Assembly: GCA_964512235.1 (NCBI GenBank)
Contig: CAZEGD010000003.1
Span: 101 to 64,100, forward strand
DNA from: an uncultured archaeon
GTDB lineage: Archaea; Aenigmatarchaeota; Aenigmatarchaeia; CG10238-14; SCSR01
Length of the DNA: 64,000 bases
Reading direction: 5' to 3'
Shown: in pieces, positions 26,201-33,677 of the stretch
Position numbering within the stretch: position 1 is the stretch's first letter
Layout: each line of letters starts with the position of its first letter
Program-made: the position numbers and the translations under genes
The notes under the pieces: model-generated
What the model saw: the letters and a program-made list of their open reading frames with translations, nothing else
The model's database searches: none
Told to the model about the DNA's origin: nothing

Positions 26201-26709
26201 AGTGCGAATATGACTATGTGGGTACTGCTAATTTGAGCGTAGAAGTGTCGGATATGGCACACAAGTACCCGATAGGCACCGAAACAAAGAACCTGAAACT
26301 GCCTTTCTACATAGCTTCTGGCAATACATTAGAAGAAGATTTGCTATGCGGTGCTTCTACGACGGACGACGATCCGAATACGGAAGAAGTTGAATTCCCA
26401 CAATGGCAAGACTGCAAAGAACCCTATAAACATGAAATAACGGTTAGTGTTTCTAGCGGATTTGGAACAGTTGACATCTATAGAAATGACGAATTCATCG
26501 GAAAAGCCACCGAAGTAATATCGTTTATAGTCCAATTCAGCTCCGAAGACATTGCAAAATTTGTAGCGACTCCCTCAACAGGGTATAGTTTTGAGAGCTG
26601 GTGCGGAGATGATGATTGCTGTTCGCCACCGGACCCAGAATGCGGCCCTACCATTTCAAGGACAATTAATGCAGATGGTAATCTATATGCCAACTTCGAG
26701 TCAGTTTAG
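23290..26709 (+). CDS. Giant pilin-anchored cysteine-rich surface protein / putative adhesin P11 (1139 aa)
   Basis: Leader MRARAKKRSKG|LIVAAIL plus a hydrophobic helix, then dozens of Cys. Two poly-Thr linkers (7 and 11 Thr codons at 25012..25032 and 25294..25326) are each followed by LP(P/A)(V/T)C. There is a 23-nt exact internal repeat (24792 and 25038) and two C-terminal beta-repeat modules ending GY(T/S)(L/F)ES(Y/W)CG. Confidence 0.85.
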   Translation: MRARAKKRSKGLIVAAILVIAAIAIAGAGIYYSNFIYRVQTTVEIVKEATIVEAINYVEMLKIGLRNAVGYSVYRASDDVLTLGGICEHSLQSSESGYCTEDCKIPAGTPTFECTPWWKVHDKIYAPTKGEFMEYMTNRTLQNFEGYANMLEVQDLEVPNYCPPLGRDCSGCLTDSECPEGCNGLRETGGVATIESTKSLDPEIKTKMESKNDYLKNEKIEYERDFFTVADNSSFTDTVKATTFSLFDFARDKFIENDYISQVFDQGDEPMPNTWCAMTADNYCDVTSDCRQDTNNCWNGDCCCKGIYYGNVCLDELPNCEAGLDQYCKRDYTGTTCMEADSNCDNTISAKEYYNYTVKGQLSIDEDETDAYGNKFRVKTALDGCIEVGTESTQTYSEIVEVNWYDYDPVADQADCDVITAEGCGCGEYCTASDPECGDCIGITPGIFDGPCPWETLSCPDECCGLEWECIEWEEPGPCEEPEETDIAVEANFQYLVLAESPVCTDSDGGANNLVYGCCEYGTDTYCDYCDGTNVVEYYCSPVINPTHCGSITHGCVGWYGAGATCSGGKCIEPTTTTTTTLPPVCTDSDDCPAIDTDGGYNLYEKGTCSWRICDSDHNCKVTYTQTDSCISSTKVYEMRPGSPVNYCDGETENCPSGTICSDGACVETTTTTTTTTTTLPATCINHNECSQACTDLCPYMVYGCCYGCMLGQCIGGTCQCIEKPTYCSGSPISQVGSQCIVGPVCSDIGLGTPSVSPSTPTAGSTFQISCPVTQVGADCIAAYANDMSSRCNYTHWSGNNAVFNCPGLAAGTYTARCTSQTETPSNCCYDTTTTSYATITPTHDIVVGVTQGSGAVNVAINGIPVQTVTEASTATITFEHGDSASFEAIPSSGYTLESYCGWVTDGEVVCCTPDECPSPLIRPIWESGGLYVNFVASVTCTKHEIRLECRDSICGFPGCCKKAAYMKDVKCEYDYVGTANLSVEVSDMAHKYPIGTETKNLKLPFYIASGNTLEEDLLCGASTTDDDPNTEEVEFPQWQDCKEPYKHEITVSVSSGFGTVDIYRNDEFIGKATEVISFIVQFSSEDIAKFVATPSTGYSFESWCGDDDCCSPPDPECGPTISRTINADGNLYANFESV

Positions 26710-28763
26710 GCATACAGCTTTTCTGGTTCTCTACAGCAGCAAGCGGTTTTTGATTCACCATCAACTACGACATTATTGCAGAAATACTCATCTATATTTT
26801 CTGTATCAAAACACTTATCACCACAGGACTCTTCAGATCTGCAATAATAAGGACATCCTGGACAGAATTCCCTATTGATTGGAACGGAATTTCTCCACCC
26901 AAAGAAATTCTTCCCATCTAAATATCTATAAGTTAGATTTCCAACAAAAGAGAATGATTTGTAACTCTGTACATCAACTATAGCACTTTCAGGATCTATT
27001 TCTAGATTGCAAACAAAGCTCCTCGAACCCTCTAAGAACTTCTTTTGTCCACCTTTGTAAAAATCATCTTCTGATATTGTAATCTGATTTCCATCACGTG
27101 TACAATCCCCACTCACACCAGTCAACCACGACGGAAACCCACCTTCAAAGCTTCCTAAGGCTTCTATCGTTATAGCAGCTTTATCATCTATATCTATCGG
27201 TTTGTATTTACCAGTCTCCTTACCATTCACAACTTCAATTGTCATCCTTATTTCATTTCTTCTCATCTCTTCAAGGATATAAGGTGAATCAAAATCGATT
27301 ATCAAGTCAACTGGCCCGTCTGTCGGAATTTCATCGGACAGATGTTTTATAGCCCCCTGTCTAGAAGCGATATACTCATCGTCTTCAGTATTAGCAAGAA
27401 CCAAAGTTCTTGTATGCACGACTGACGAATCGTATCTCAGTTTTATTTCAAACTCCAGTTGTTGTACACCTTGATCCTCACATGGAAATGTGTTGAAATA
27501 GGAAAGCTGCGACACACCATTTATAACTGAATAATCGTTTGGGCAAGGGTCGTATTGCCAGTAGTTTATGCTACACTCTGTACATCCACCTAATGTACTA
27601 CTACTACTGTACCCATCAATTATACACACCTTATACCCACCTGCGAAATAAGATGCAAAAATCTTTAGTTCATCTTCTGGTCCCAACGTACATTCATTTT
27701 CATCATCACATATATCTATAGTCTGAGCCTCGTAAAGGAAGGGGTTTGCATTAGACCTCCTTCCAATAGTTCTATTAACATAGGCCCATACATGGGTTTG
27801 TCTCAATTCTACATTTTCTCTATCGTCTCCATTACCAATCACTATATTGCTAAAGACTAAACCACCACCTTCAGTATCCTCGTCATTCAAGTTTTTGATA
27901 TAGATAGGCAACACGTAGTCCGACTTCACATTATCTGTATAACCATATGGTGTAGGAATTTCGTAAGTTGTTTTTCCTTCTCTGAACCTTTTGTTACCTA
28001 TCTCTATTCCCAGTGTGTCATAAGACTTGTAACCTGCATATGAGATACCATCCTCAACTATTTGAGGGCAGAACATTGGATTGTCAGATCCTATGAGCGA
28101 ACAGAAAAGAGCTTGCGGATTACCCAAACTCGATATAAGCGATGATATATCATACCCAGACACCATTCCCAATGAGAATACTCCCACCGCTACAATTATT
28201 AAAAGCATTATAGGAGTGCCTATTTGCCACTCCCATCTTTTTGTTGAAATGATTAACACAAGACCTATCAGAAGACCTGAAATGATGAGAATCCAATGAC
28301 CTACAGAAAAGAAAAGGAAAGGTGTTAATAAAATGTCTGCAAGGAATGGAAACTGTTTATCTAAGAAACTAAAAATTGGATTGTATAACAAGAACAGTGA
28401 AGCAATTGAAATCCCAGATGAGACTACAAATGTTATACCATTTTTTAATATTTTGCCAATTTTTGTAAGTTGAATTTCAGGTTTCTCTAAATTTTCAATA
28501 TTAGCTCCACAATTTTTACATTTTTTAGATTCTCTTGGATTGCCCGTACCACAATTAGGACAAATCTTTTGAAAAGACCGATCCTTTACTTTACCATAAG
28601 CTTCTTTACCTTTCTCTTTGGCTTTTCCACCCCTTTCCTTGGCCTTCCCCCATTTTTCTTTTAGCCAATCATGTTTACCTTTTTTTTCACGGCCTAACCC
28701 TTGCATCCCAGCGGCTATTTTTTCTTCCTGCTCCTTTGTATATTCTTTTTTCTCTTTAGCCAT
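26706..28763 (-). CDS. Zinc-ribbon membrane protein with large Cys-containing ectodomain (685 aa)
   Basis: K-rich N-terminus with CPNCGTGN...CKNCGANI (zinc ribbon), about 4 TM helices, a roughly 470-aa extracytoplasmic region, and a Cys-dense C-terminus (CPGCPYYCRSEESCGDKCF...TACCCREP). Its 3' end overlaps the 3' end of P11 by 4 nt (convergent). Confidence 0.8.
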   Translation of the reverse strand: MAKEKKEYTKEQEEKIAAGMQGLGREKKGKHDWLKEKWGKAKERGGKAKEKGKEAYGKVKDRSFQKICPNCGTGNPRESKKCKNCGANIENLEKPEIQLTKIGKILKNGITFVVSSGISIASLFLLYNPIFSFLDKQFPFLADILLTPFLFFSVGHWILIISGLLIGLVLIISTKRWEWQIGTPIMLLIIVAVGVFSLGMVSGYDISSLISSLGNPQALFCSLIGSDNPMFCPQIVEDGISYAGYKSYDTLGIEIGNKRFREGKTTYEIPTPYGYTDNVKSDYVLPIYIKNLNDEDTEGGGLVFSNIVIGNGDDRENVELRQTHVWAYVNRTIGRRSNANPFLYEAQTIDICDDENECTLGPEDELKIFASYFAGGYKVCIIDGYSSSSTLGGCTECSINYWQYDPCPNDYSVINGVSQLSYFNTFPCEDQGVQQLEFEIKLRYDSSVVHTRTLVLANTEDDEYIASRQGAIKHLSDEIPTDGPVDLIIDFDSPYILEEMRRNEIRMTIEVVNGKETGKYKPIDIDDKAAITIEALGSFEGGFPSWLTGVSGDCTRDGNQITISEDDFYKGGQKKFLEGSRSFVCNLEIDPESAIVDVQSYKSFSFVGNLTYRYLDGKNFFGWRNSVPINREFCPGCPYYCRSEESCGDKCFDTENIDEYFCNNVVVDGESKTACCCREPEKLYA

Positions 28764-28817
28764 CTCTATCTAGAATTAAATTGTCTTTTGTAAGACTAAA
28801 ATATTCCTCTTTCTAAA

Positions 28818-29165
28818 TTGTTATTAATGGCATGCGACTTGATTGTAAACATCTTTTTATGCGGATGGGTGCACATCTTCCGCGGAATCTTTGGAATCTT
28901 CGTACCCCTAGAAGGAATAGTGCTAACCATTGCCAGCGCTATAATATCCTCAATAATCATTTACATACTTGCCAAAACGCTTGGCAGGATTGGTGGTATG
29001 CTTCTGGCTGGAGTCGGTTTAGTCGGAGCTCTTTTTACAGCTGGTATTTCCCTAACTCTGACTATAATTGGCGTGCTCATAACACTCTTCGAGCGATCGG
29101 TGATGCTGATAGTCATAATCAACATAGGGCTGCATGCGACATGCATGCTGCTAGGCTGCGTTTAA
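28818..29165 (+). CDS. Hypothetical small membrane protein (about 112-115 aa)
   Basis: Three or four hydrophobic helices. The listed TTG start is at 28818 and an ATG follows at 28827. A competing frame (28832..29224) looks non-protein-like. Confidence 0.5.
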   Translation: MLLMACDLIVNIFLCGWVHIFRGIFGIFVPLEGIVLTIASAIISSIIIYILAKTLGRIGGMLLAGVGLVGALFTAGISLTLTIIGVLITLFERSVMLIVIINIGLHATCMLLGCV

Positions 29166-29284
29166 TCAAGACTTTAGGAAAAGGATTTAAATTTCACTGT
29201 TTAATTATGACTATAGTTAGATAGTAACTCAAAATGCTCATCTAATGCAAAAATACAAGGAAAAGATAAACGGAGGTACAATAA

Positions 29285-29635
29285 ATGGCAGAAGAGTCAT
29301 TCCAGACACAAGCTCCAAGAGAGACGCAATCTGCAAGTGTGTCAAATCTTGGAAACAGGAACAGAAAAGATGACAACGTAATCTTCGTAGGTCGCAAGCC
29401 GTCTATGGCTTACGTATTGGGCGTAATTACCCAGTTCAATGACGGGAGACCAGAGGTGCACATCAAAGCCAGAGGCAAATCCATAAGCCGGGCAGTTGAT
29501 GTTGCAGAGATTGCGCGAAGGCGTTTCCTAAGCGATGTGCAGATAAGAAGCATAGATATTGGAACGGAAGAACGAGAGCTTGAAGACAAGTCAAAAATCA
29601 ATGTTTCAACGATTGACATAACACTTGGAAAGTAG
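29285..29635 (+). CDS. albA: Alba family DNA/RNA-binding protein with about 25-aa N-terminal extension
   Basis: NVIFVGRKPSMAYVLGVITQFNDGRPEVHIKARGKSISRAVDVAEIARRRF matches the Alba core as I know it. Confidence 0.85.
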   Translation: MAEESFQTQAPRETQSASVSNLGNRNRKDDNVIFVGRKPSMAYVLGVITQFNDGRPEVHIKARGKSISRAVDVAEIARRRFLSDVQIRSIDIGTEERELEDKSKINVSTIDITLGK

Positions 29636-29695
29636 GTTCTTGATTCACGCAAGTGCCAGTAAGCATACTCGTAAGTATGCTGAAATTTCTATTTT

Positions 29696-31246
29696 TTACC
29701 TTTCTAGAATGAACGATTTTTTGTGCAGGGGCGATTCTTTTACTTCATGCACGAGCATGTGCATGCGCTCGGCCACGTCCATCACAGGATCTTCCTTCAG
29801 GATTTGCTCAGCCCTTTTGAGCTTTCTCGCCTTATCCGCGTATATAGTGAACAGCCTGTCACCAATCTTTACAGCATCCCCTACTTTCTTATAGAGCTGT
29901 ACGCCTGCAGTCTTGTCCTTTGGCGAGCCTGCAGCTCTTGCCACGGCTATCAATGCCGAATTATTTATCCACAGGACGTAGCCCTTTCTTTCAGCCTTTA
30001 CATCCAGTCCATATTTACTCACTTCAAGGTCGTCCGGCTTTATCTCAGAGTCACCACCCTGCTCAAAAATTATCTGACGCAGCTTCTTCTCGGCCTTGCC
30101 GGATTTTAGCGCTTCCATTGCAACCTCCTGGCCATTACCTTTTGCCTTGCCAGCGAGCTCGAGGAGCATGCCTGCTATATGCGTAGCTTTGTCTACGAGA
30201 TCAGGCACCGCTGCCTTGCGCATGATTGCCTGCAATGCCTCTCTTGCTTCCAATAGAGGACCGACAGTATGACCTATGGGCTGCTCGCCATGTGTGATTG
30301 CACACTCTACGCGTACACCAACTTTCTTCCCGAGTTCTATAAAATCCTTTGCAAGCAAGTTCGCATCGCCTATTGTCTTCAGCTTGGAGCCACGTCCGCA
30401 CGGCATGTCTATCACAACATACTCAGCACCTACAGCCTTCTTCTTGCTCATTATGGAAGGCATCATCAACGGGTCAATGGACAATGGATACTCTATCTGA
30501 ACGAACTTGTCATCCGCCGGTGCAAGATGCAAGGCACCGCCCCATACTATGCAACCATTCGTCTTTTTGACTACAGTCTTCATATCGTCTATGTCAAGTG
30601 CAACAGGCATCAGGACTTCTGCCCTATCGGCTGTGCCGGCTGCAGATGTGATTGCACGTGACGATGTCTTAGGAATCACCACCCCACAAGCTGCTACAAT
30701 GGGTACGACAAGAAGCGTAGTCTTGTCGCCAGGCACACCACCTATGCTATGTTTGTCCACAATCGGGCCGTCTTTTATTTTCAGACGATCCCCAGTATCA
30801 ACCATAGCATTTGTCAGACCGGCAGCTTCGTCTATACTCAAGCCAAAAGCTTCCAAAGCAGTGACAAAAGCAGCAAGCTCTATTTCATCCAACCTGTCAT
30901 CCACCACATCTTGCACAATCTCTCTAAGATCTTCCTCGTTCAGCTTGCGGCCCTTCAGCTTGTCCCTTATGTGCTGCAACGATTTCGGAAACTTTGCAAC
31001 TTCCACTGTTATTTTTGCACCATCCTCTATATTCAAAGCTTTAGCCACTTCATCAAATACTCCTATAGTTCCCTCCTCTACAACACGCTCTGCCAGGTTC
31101 ACTATAGCTATGCGCTCTTTGCCTCTCAGCTGCAGCCACACCCTGCTATCGCTGCGTATGCCAAGATCTTCCGCATCCTCTACATTCAGGACTACAACCG
31201 GACTACCGCCCGACTCCATCCCCAAAATCTTTGCATTCAGTTTCAT
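29696..31246 (-). CDS. deoA: AMP phosphorylase (thymidine phosphorylase family, archaeal DeoA type)
   Basis: 516 aa. The N-terminal extra domain reads MKLNAKILGMESGGSPVVVLNVEDAEDLGI. The core has SIGGVPGDKTTLLVVPIVAA and TSSRAITSAAGTAD motifs. Sits directly downstream of form III RuBisCO. Confidence 0.9.
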   Translation of the reverse strand: MKLNAKILGMESGGSPVVVLNVEDAEDLGIRSDSRVWLQLRGKERIAIVNLAERVVEEGTIGVFDEVAKALNIEDGAKITVEVAKFPKSLQHIRDKLKGRKLNEEDLREIVQDVVDDRLDEIELAAFVTALEAFGLSIDEAAGLTNAMVDTGDRLKIKDGPIVDKHSIGGVPGDKTTLLVVPIVAACGVVIPKTSSRAITSAAGTADRAEVLMPVALDIDDMKTVVKKTNGCIVWGGALHLAPADDKFVQIEYPLSIDPLMMPSIMSKKKAVGAEYVVIDMPCGRGSKLKTIGDANLLAKDFIELGKKVGVRVECAITHGEQPIGHTVGPLLEAREALQAIMRKAAVPDLVDKATHIAGMLLELAGKAKGNGQEVAMEALKSGKAEKKLRQIIFEQGGDSEIKPDDLEVSKYGLDVKAERKGYVLWINNSALIAVARAAGSPKDKTAGVQLYKKVGDAVKIGDRLFTIYADKARKLKRAEQILKEDPVMDVAERMHMLVHEVKESPLHKKSFILER

Positions 31247-31253
31247 TTTCTCA

Positions 31254-32474
31254 CTAATACCATTTCTTTAGAGCGGCCGCAAGCTCTTTATGCTTCTTTG
31301 CATACTCACCCAAGCTGATTTTATTTATTGTAGCATATAGTGCTTGCCTAGCAGCAGTTGCACCTGCACGCGTGCCTCTAGGATGGCCATGGATGCCACC
31401 ACCCATCTGGATAATCACATCATTCCCAAACAGCTTAACAATCTTCGGCAGCAGTGCCGGATGCAAACCGCCTGATGCGACAGGCATAGTTTGCTTCAAG
31501 CCATGCATCTTTGACTTGAGCGCATCTACATTCTCCAGCACTTCTTGCTTAGTCTCATACATCTTTCCAACCCCGGTACCAACATGCAACTGATCTATAC
31601 CGACAATTCTTAGTAACTTTGCAAAGACTTTCATAGATATCCCATTCTTAGGATTCTTCGTTATAGCAGCATGCATCGCCCTATGTCCATGTAGTACCAA
31701 CCCAAAATTGTGCTCACGCATCGTCTGCAAGGCAGACCAGCCGGCTGTAAATACGTCTATCATAGCATACCTACCGCCACGGTCTTTCACAAATTTTGCC
31801 CTACGAATCATATCATCAGTCTCTGCGGTTATGTTTGGCATATATGCTTTGCATTTGCCAGTCTCTCTCTCTGCAAGATCCCGCATCTTGAGTGTCTGTA
31901 CTATGCGTTTGCTAAATACATTAAAGATTTGACTGGACAGGTTTTCATCGTCTTTTACAATATCACACCCACCAATCCAAGCATTGTAGGCAACTTTGGC
32001 ATGATGACTTGTCTTAAGCCCAAGCTTTGGCTTTATTATGCTTCCAATTAATGGCCTTTTCTCAACTCGCAACATCCTTCTTATCCCATCTATCCCATAG
32101 CGCGGGCCTTTGAAACTCTTTACGAGCTTCCTCGGCAGCTGTATGTCTTCAAGCCTCAAATTTTTCAATTCATTCAGACCAAAGACGTTGCCCGCCACAC
32201 TGCTGAGGATGTTTGCCATGTTACCTGGCTCGAAGAGTTTTTGGGGGTATGCAACTCTTACGCTATTGCCTTTTATTTCAAAGACATTCGCCTGCAGTTT
32301 CTCAATGTACTTGTGCATCGTGGCGACTTCAGTCCACGTACCTATACTGCTTTCAGCCGCGACTGCGCCCGCAGCTTTCTTCAGACTTATGCCTCTAGGC
32401 TCTACGTAGAATTCGCAAACCACATCACTCTTCTTTGGCTTGTACTTCAAATTTACAAAATCTAGATATTTCAT
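31254..32474 (-). CDS. rbcL: Ribulose-1,5-bisphosphate carboxylase large subunit, form III
   Basis: GGCDIVKDDENL (carbamyl-Lys motif), HGHRAMHAA, GGGIHGHP and KPKLGLK. I trimmed the listed ORF (to 32546) to the ATG at 32474 (MKYLDFVNLKY...), which forms an ATGA overlap with the upstream gene's stop. Confidence 0.93.
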   Translation of the reverse strand: MKYLDFVNLKYKPKKSDVVCEFYVEPRGISLKKAAGAVAAESSIGTWTEVATMHKYIEKLQANVFEIKGNSVRVAYPQKLFEPGNMANILSSVAGNVFGLNELKNLRLEDIQLPRKLVKSFKGPRYGIDGIRRMLRVEKRPLIGSIIKPKLGLKTSHHAKVAYNAWIGGCDIVKDDENLSSQIFNVFSKRIVQTLKMRDLAERETGKCKAYMPNITAETDDMIRRAKFVKDRGGRYAMIDVFTAGWSALQTMREHNFGLVLHGHRAMHAAITKNPKNGISMKVFAKLLRIVGIDQLHVGTGVGKMYETKQEVLENVDALKSKMHGLKQTMPVASGGLHPALLPKIVKLFGNDVIIQMGGGIHGHPRGTRAGATAARQALYATINKISLGEYAKKHKELAAALKKWY

Positions 32475-33286
32475 CTCAACATCCTCTTCACTTTTGCAGG
32501 ACTCAGAATCCCCTTCTCGGTCACTATACCTGTAACGTACTTCCAAGGTGTGACATCGAACGCTGGGTTCCGCACATCAAATCCCTCTCTTTCTGTCTTT
32601 GTGACTTCACTCTGGTCTCTTTCTTCTATTACAAATTTCTTTCTCTTGTCAATCTTCATCAATCCGCCTATGAAATATACGGGGACTTTATTTTCCTTTG
32701 CAAGCACGGCAAGCATGTACGTGCCAATCTTGTTCACAACACCCTCTTTGCGTATGGCATCGCACCCAAAAATCATTGCATTCACATCTTTAATGTAAAA
32801 CCCTGCGGCCGCATCAACGATATAGACAACCGGTATGTCCGCATCTACCAACGTCCGAGCAGTTATCTTACCCTGCCACATAGGCCTAGTCTCCGTAACA
32901 ATAACTCTGAATTTTATTTTCTTCGTCTTGGCAACCTTCAACAAATCAACAACGCTACCGCTGTGGCAATGTGTCAGAAGTGTGGGATACTTCTTAATCA
33001 GCTTGTAGTTTACAGTTCCAATCACGTTCCCTATATTTTCAAAATAATATATCATCTCGTCTATGGTATCAACAGTCTTTCCCTTTTTGATTTTTTCCAC
33101 TGCATTGTAGAGCGTGACTGCAGTCGGCCTTGCACCGACCATTCTTTTGCTTGCAGAATTGAAACTCTTTCCAAACCCATCTTTTTTTGCAACAACTTTC
33201 AAAGCATTCAATCCAGCTATTGCTATTGATCTTGCTCCACGGATTCTCATGCTTTTAATGTCTTCCACTATATTCTCCAGACCCAT
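32471..33286 (-). CDS. Ribose-1,5-bisphosphate isomerase (eIF-2B alpha/beta/delta-like, e2b2 family)
   Basis: 271 aa with an IRGARSIAIAGL N-terminus, HCHSGSV, VIVTETRP and a GCDAIRKEGVVNKIGT pattern typical of the eIF2B-related isomerases. Its operon context with rbcL and deoA supports the call. Confidence 0.85.
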   Translation of the reverse strand: MGLENIVEDIKSMRIRGARSIAIAGLNALKVVAKKDGFGKSFNSASKRMVGARPTAVTLYNAVEKIKKGKTVDTIDEMIYYFENIGNVIGTVNYKLIKKYPTLLTHCHSGSVVDLLKVAKTKKIKFRVIVTETRPMWQGKITARTLVDADIPVVYIVDAAAGFYIKDVNAMIFGCDAIRKEGVVNKIGTYMLAVLAKENKVPVYFIGGLMKIDKRKKFVIEERDQSEVTKTEREGFDVRNPAFDVTPWKYVTGIVTEKGILSPAKVKRMLR

Positions 33287-33295
33287 AATTCAATT

Positions 33296-33595
33296 TTATT
33301 TTCTGAGCTTATAATTTCTCACTGCTTTTTCAATATAGTTCAAGAATCTGACCAATACCTTTGCATGCCTCGGTTTCAGATATTTATCAGCAGCAAGATG
33401 AAGAAGAGCGGAAGCTAGACCTTTATACCCATCCATGAAGTACCCTATAAATGCAGCACTCAACGGATCGTGAAAGAGCACCCTATGACGCCTGCCTAGA
33501 AAACGATAAGGGTAGTCGATTGCCGCGTGCGTAGCATTGCAATCATCGCCCAGCAGCAGCTTTGAGAATTTCTTATGTGCAGTCCTATCTGGCAT
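33296..33595 (-). CDS. Hypothetical protein (99 aa, His-rich)
   Basis: ATG ORF 10 nt upstream of the isomerase gene on the same strand. No family recognised. Confidence 0.5.
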   Translation of the reverse strand: MPDRTAHKKFSKLLLGDDCNATHAAIDYPYRFLGRRHRVLFHDPLSAAFIGYFMDGYKGLASALLHLAADKYLKPRHAKVLVRFLNYIEKAVRNYKLRK

Positions 33596-33677
33596 AAAGA
33601 TTGATTCACGCTAAGCAGTGATAGCAATTTAGAACCAACTCAAGTGGTTATTTTTCAATAAAACAAATTATAATTTG

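Noticed and set aside
28832-29224. 130-aa ORF in an alternative frame to the small membrane protein
   Set aside because: It is R/W/H/N-rich and implausible in composition. The overlapping frame 28818..29165 encodes coherent TM helices.
30507-31271. 254-aa plus-strand ORF (and neighbours 30749..31318 and 30269..30661)
   Set aside because: It is antisense to the well-supported AMP phosphorylase gene. The translation is S/T/A-rich and low-complexity, typical of a shadow frame.
32475-32546. 24-codon N-terminal extension of RuBisCO (MEVRYRYSDREGDS...)
   Set aside because: It would overlap the isomerase gene by 76 nt. The ATG at 32474 gives the conserved MKYLDFVNLKY start and a typical ATGA coupling overlap.
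32435-33229. 264-aa plus-strand ORF
   Set aside because: It is antisense to the ribose-1,5-bisphosphate isomerase gene, with no motifs and odd composition.
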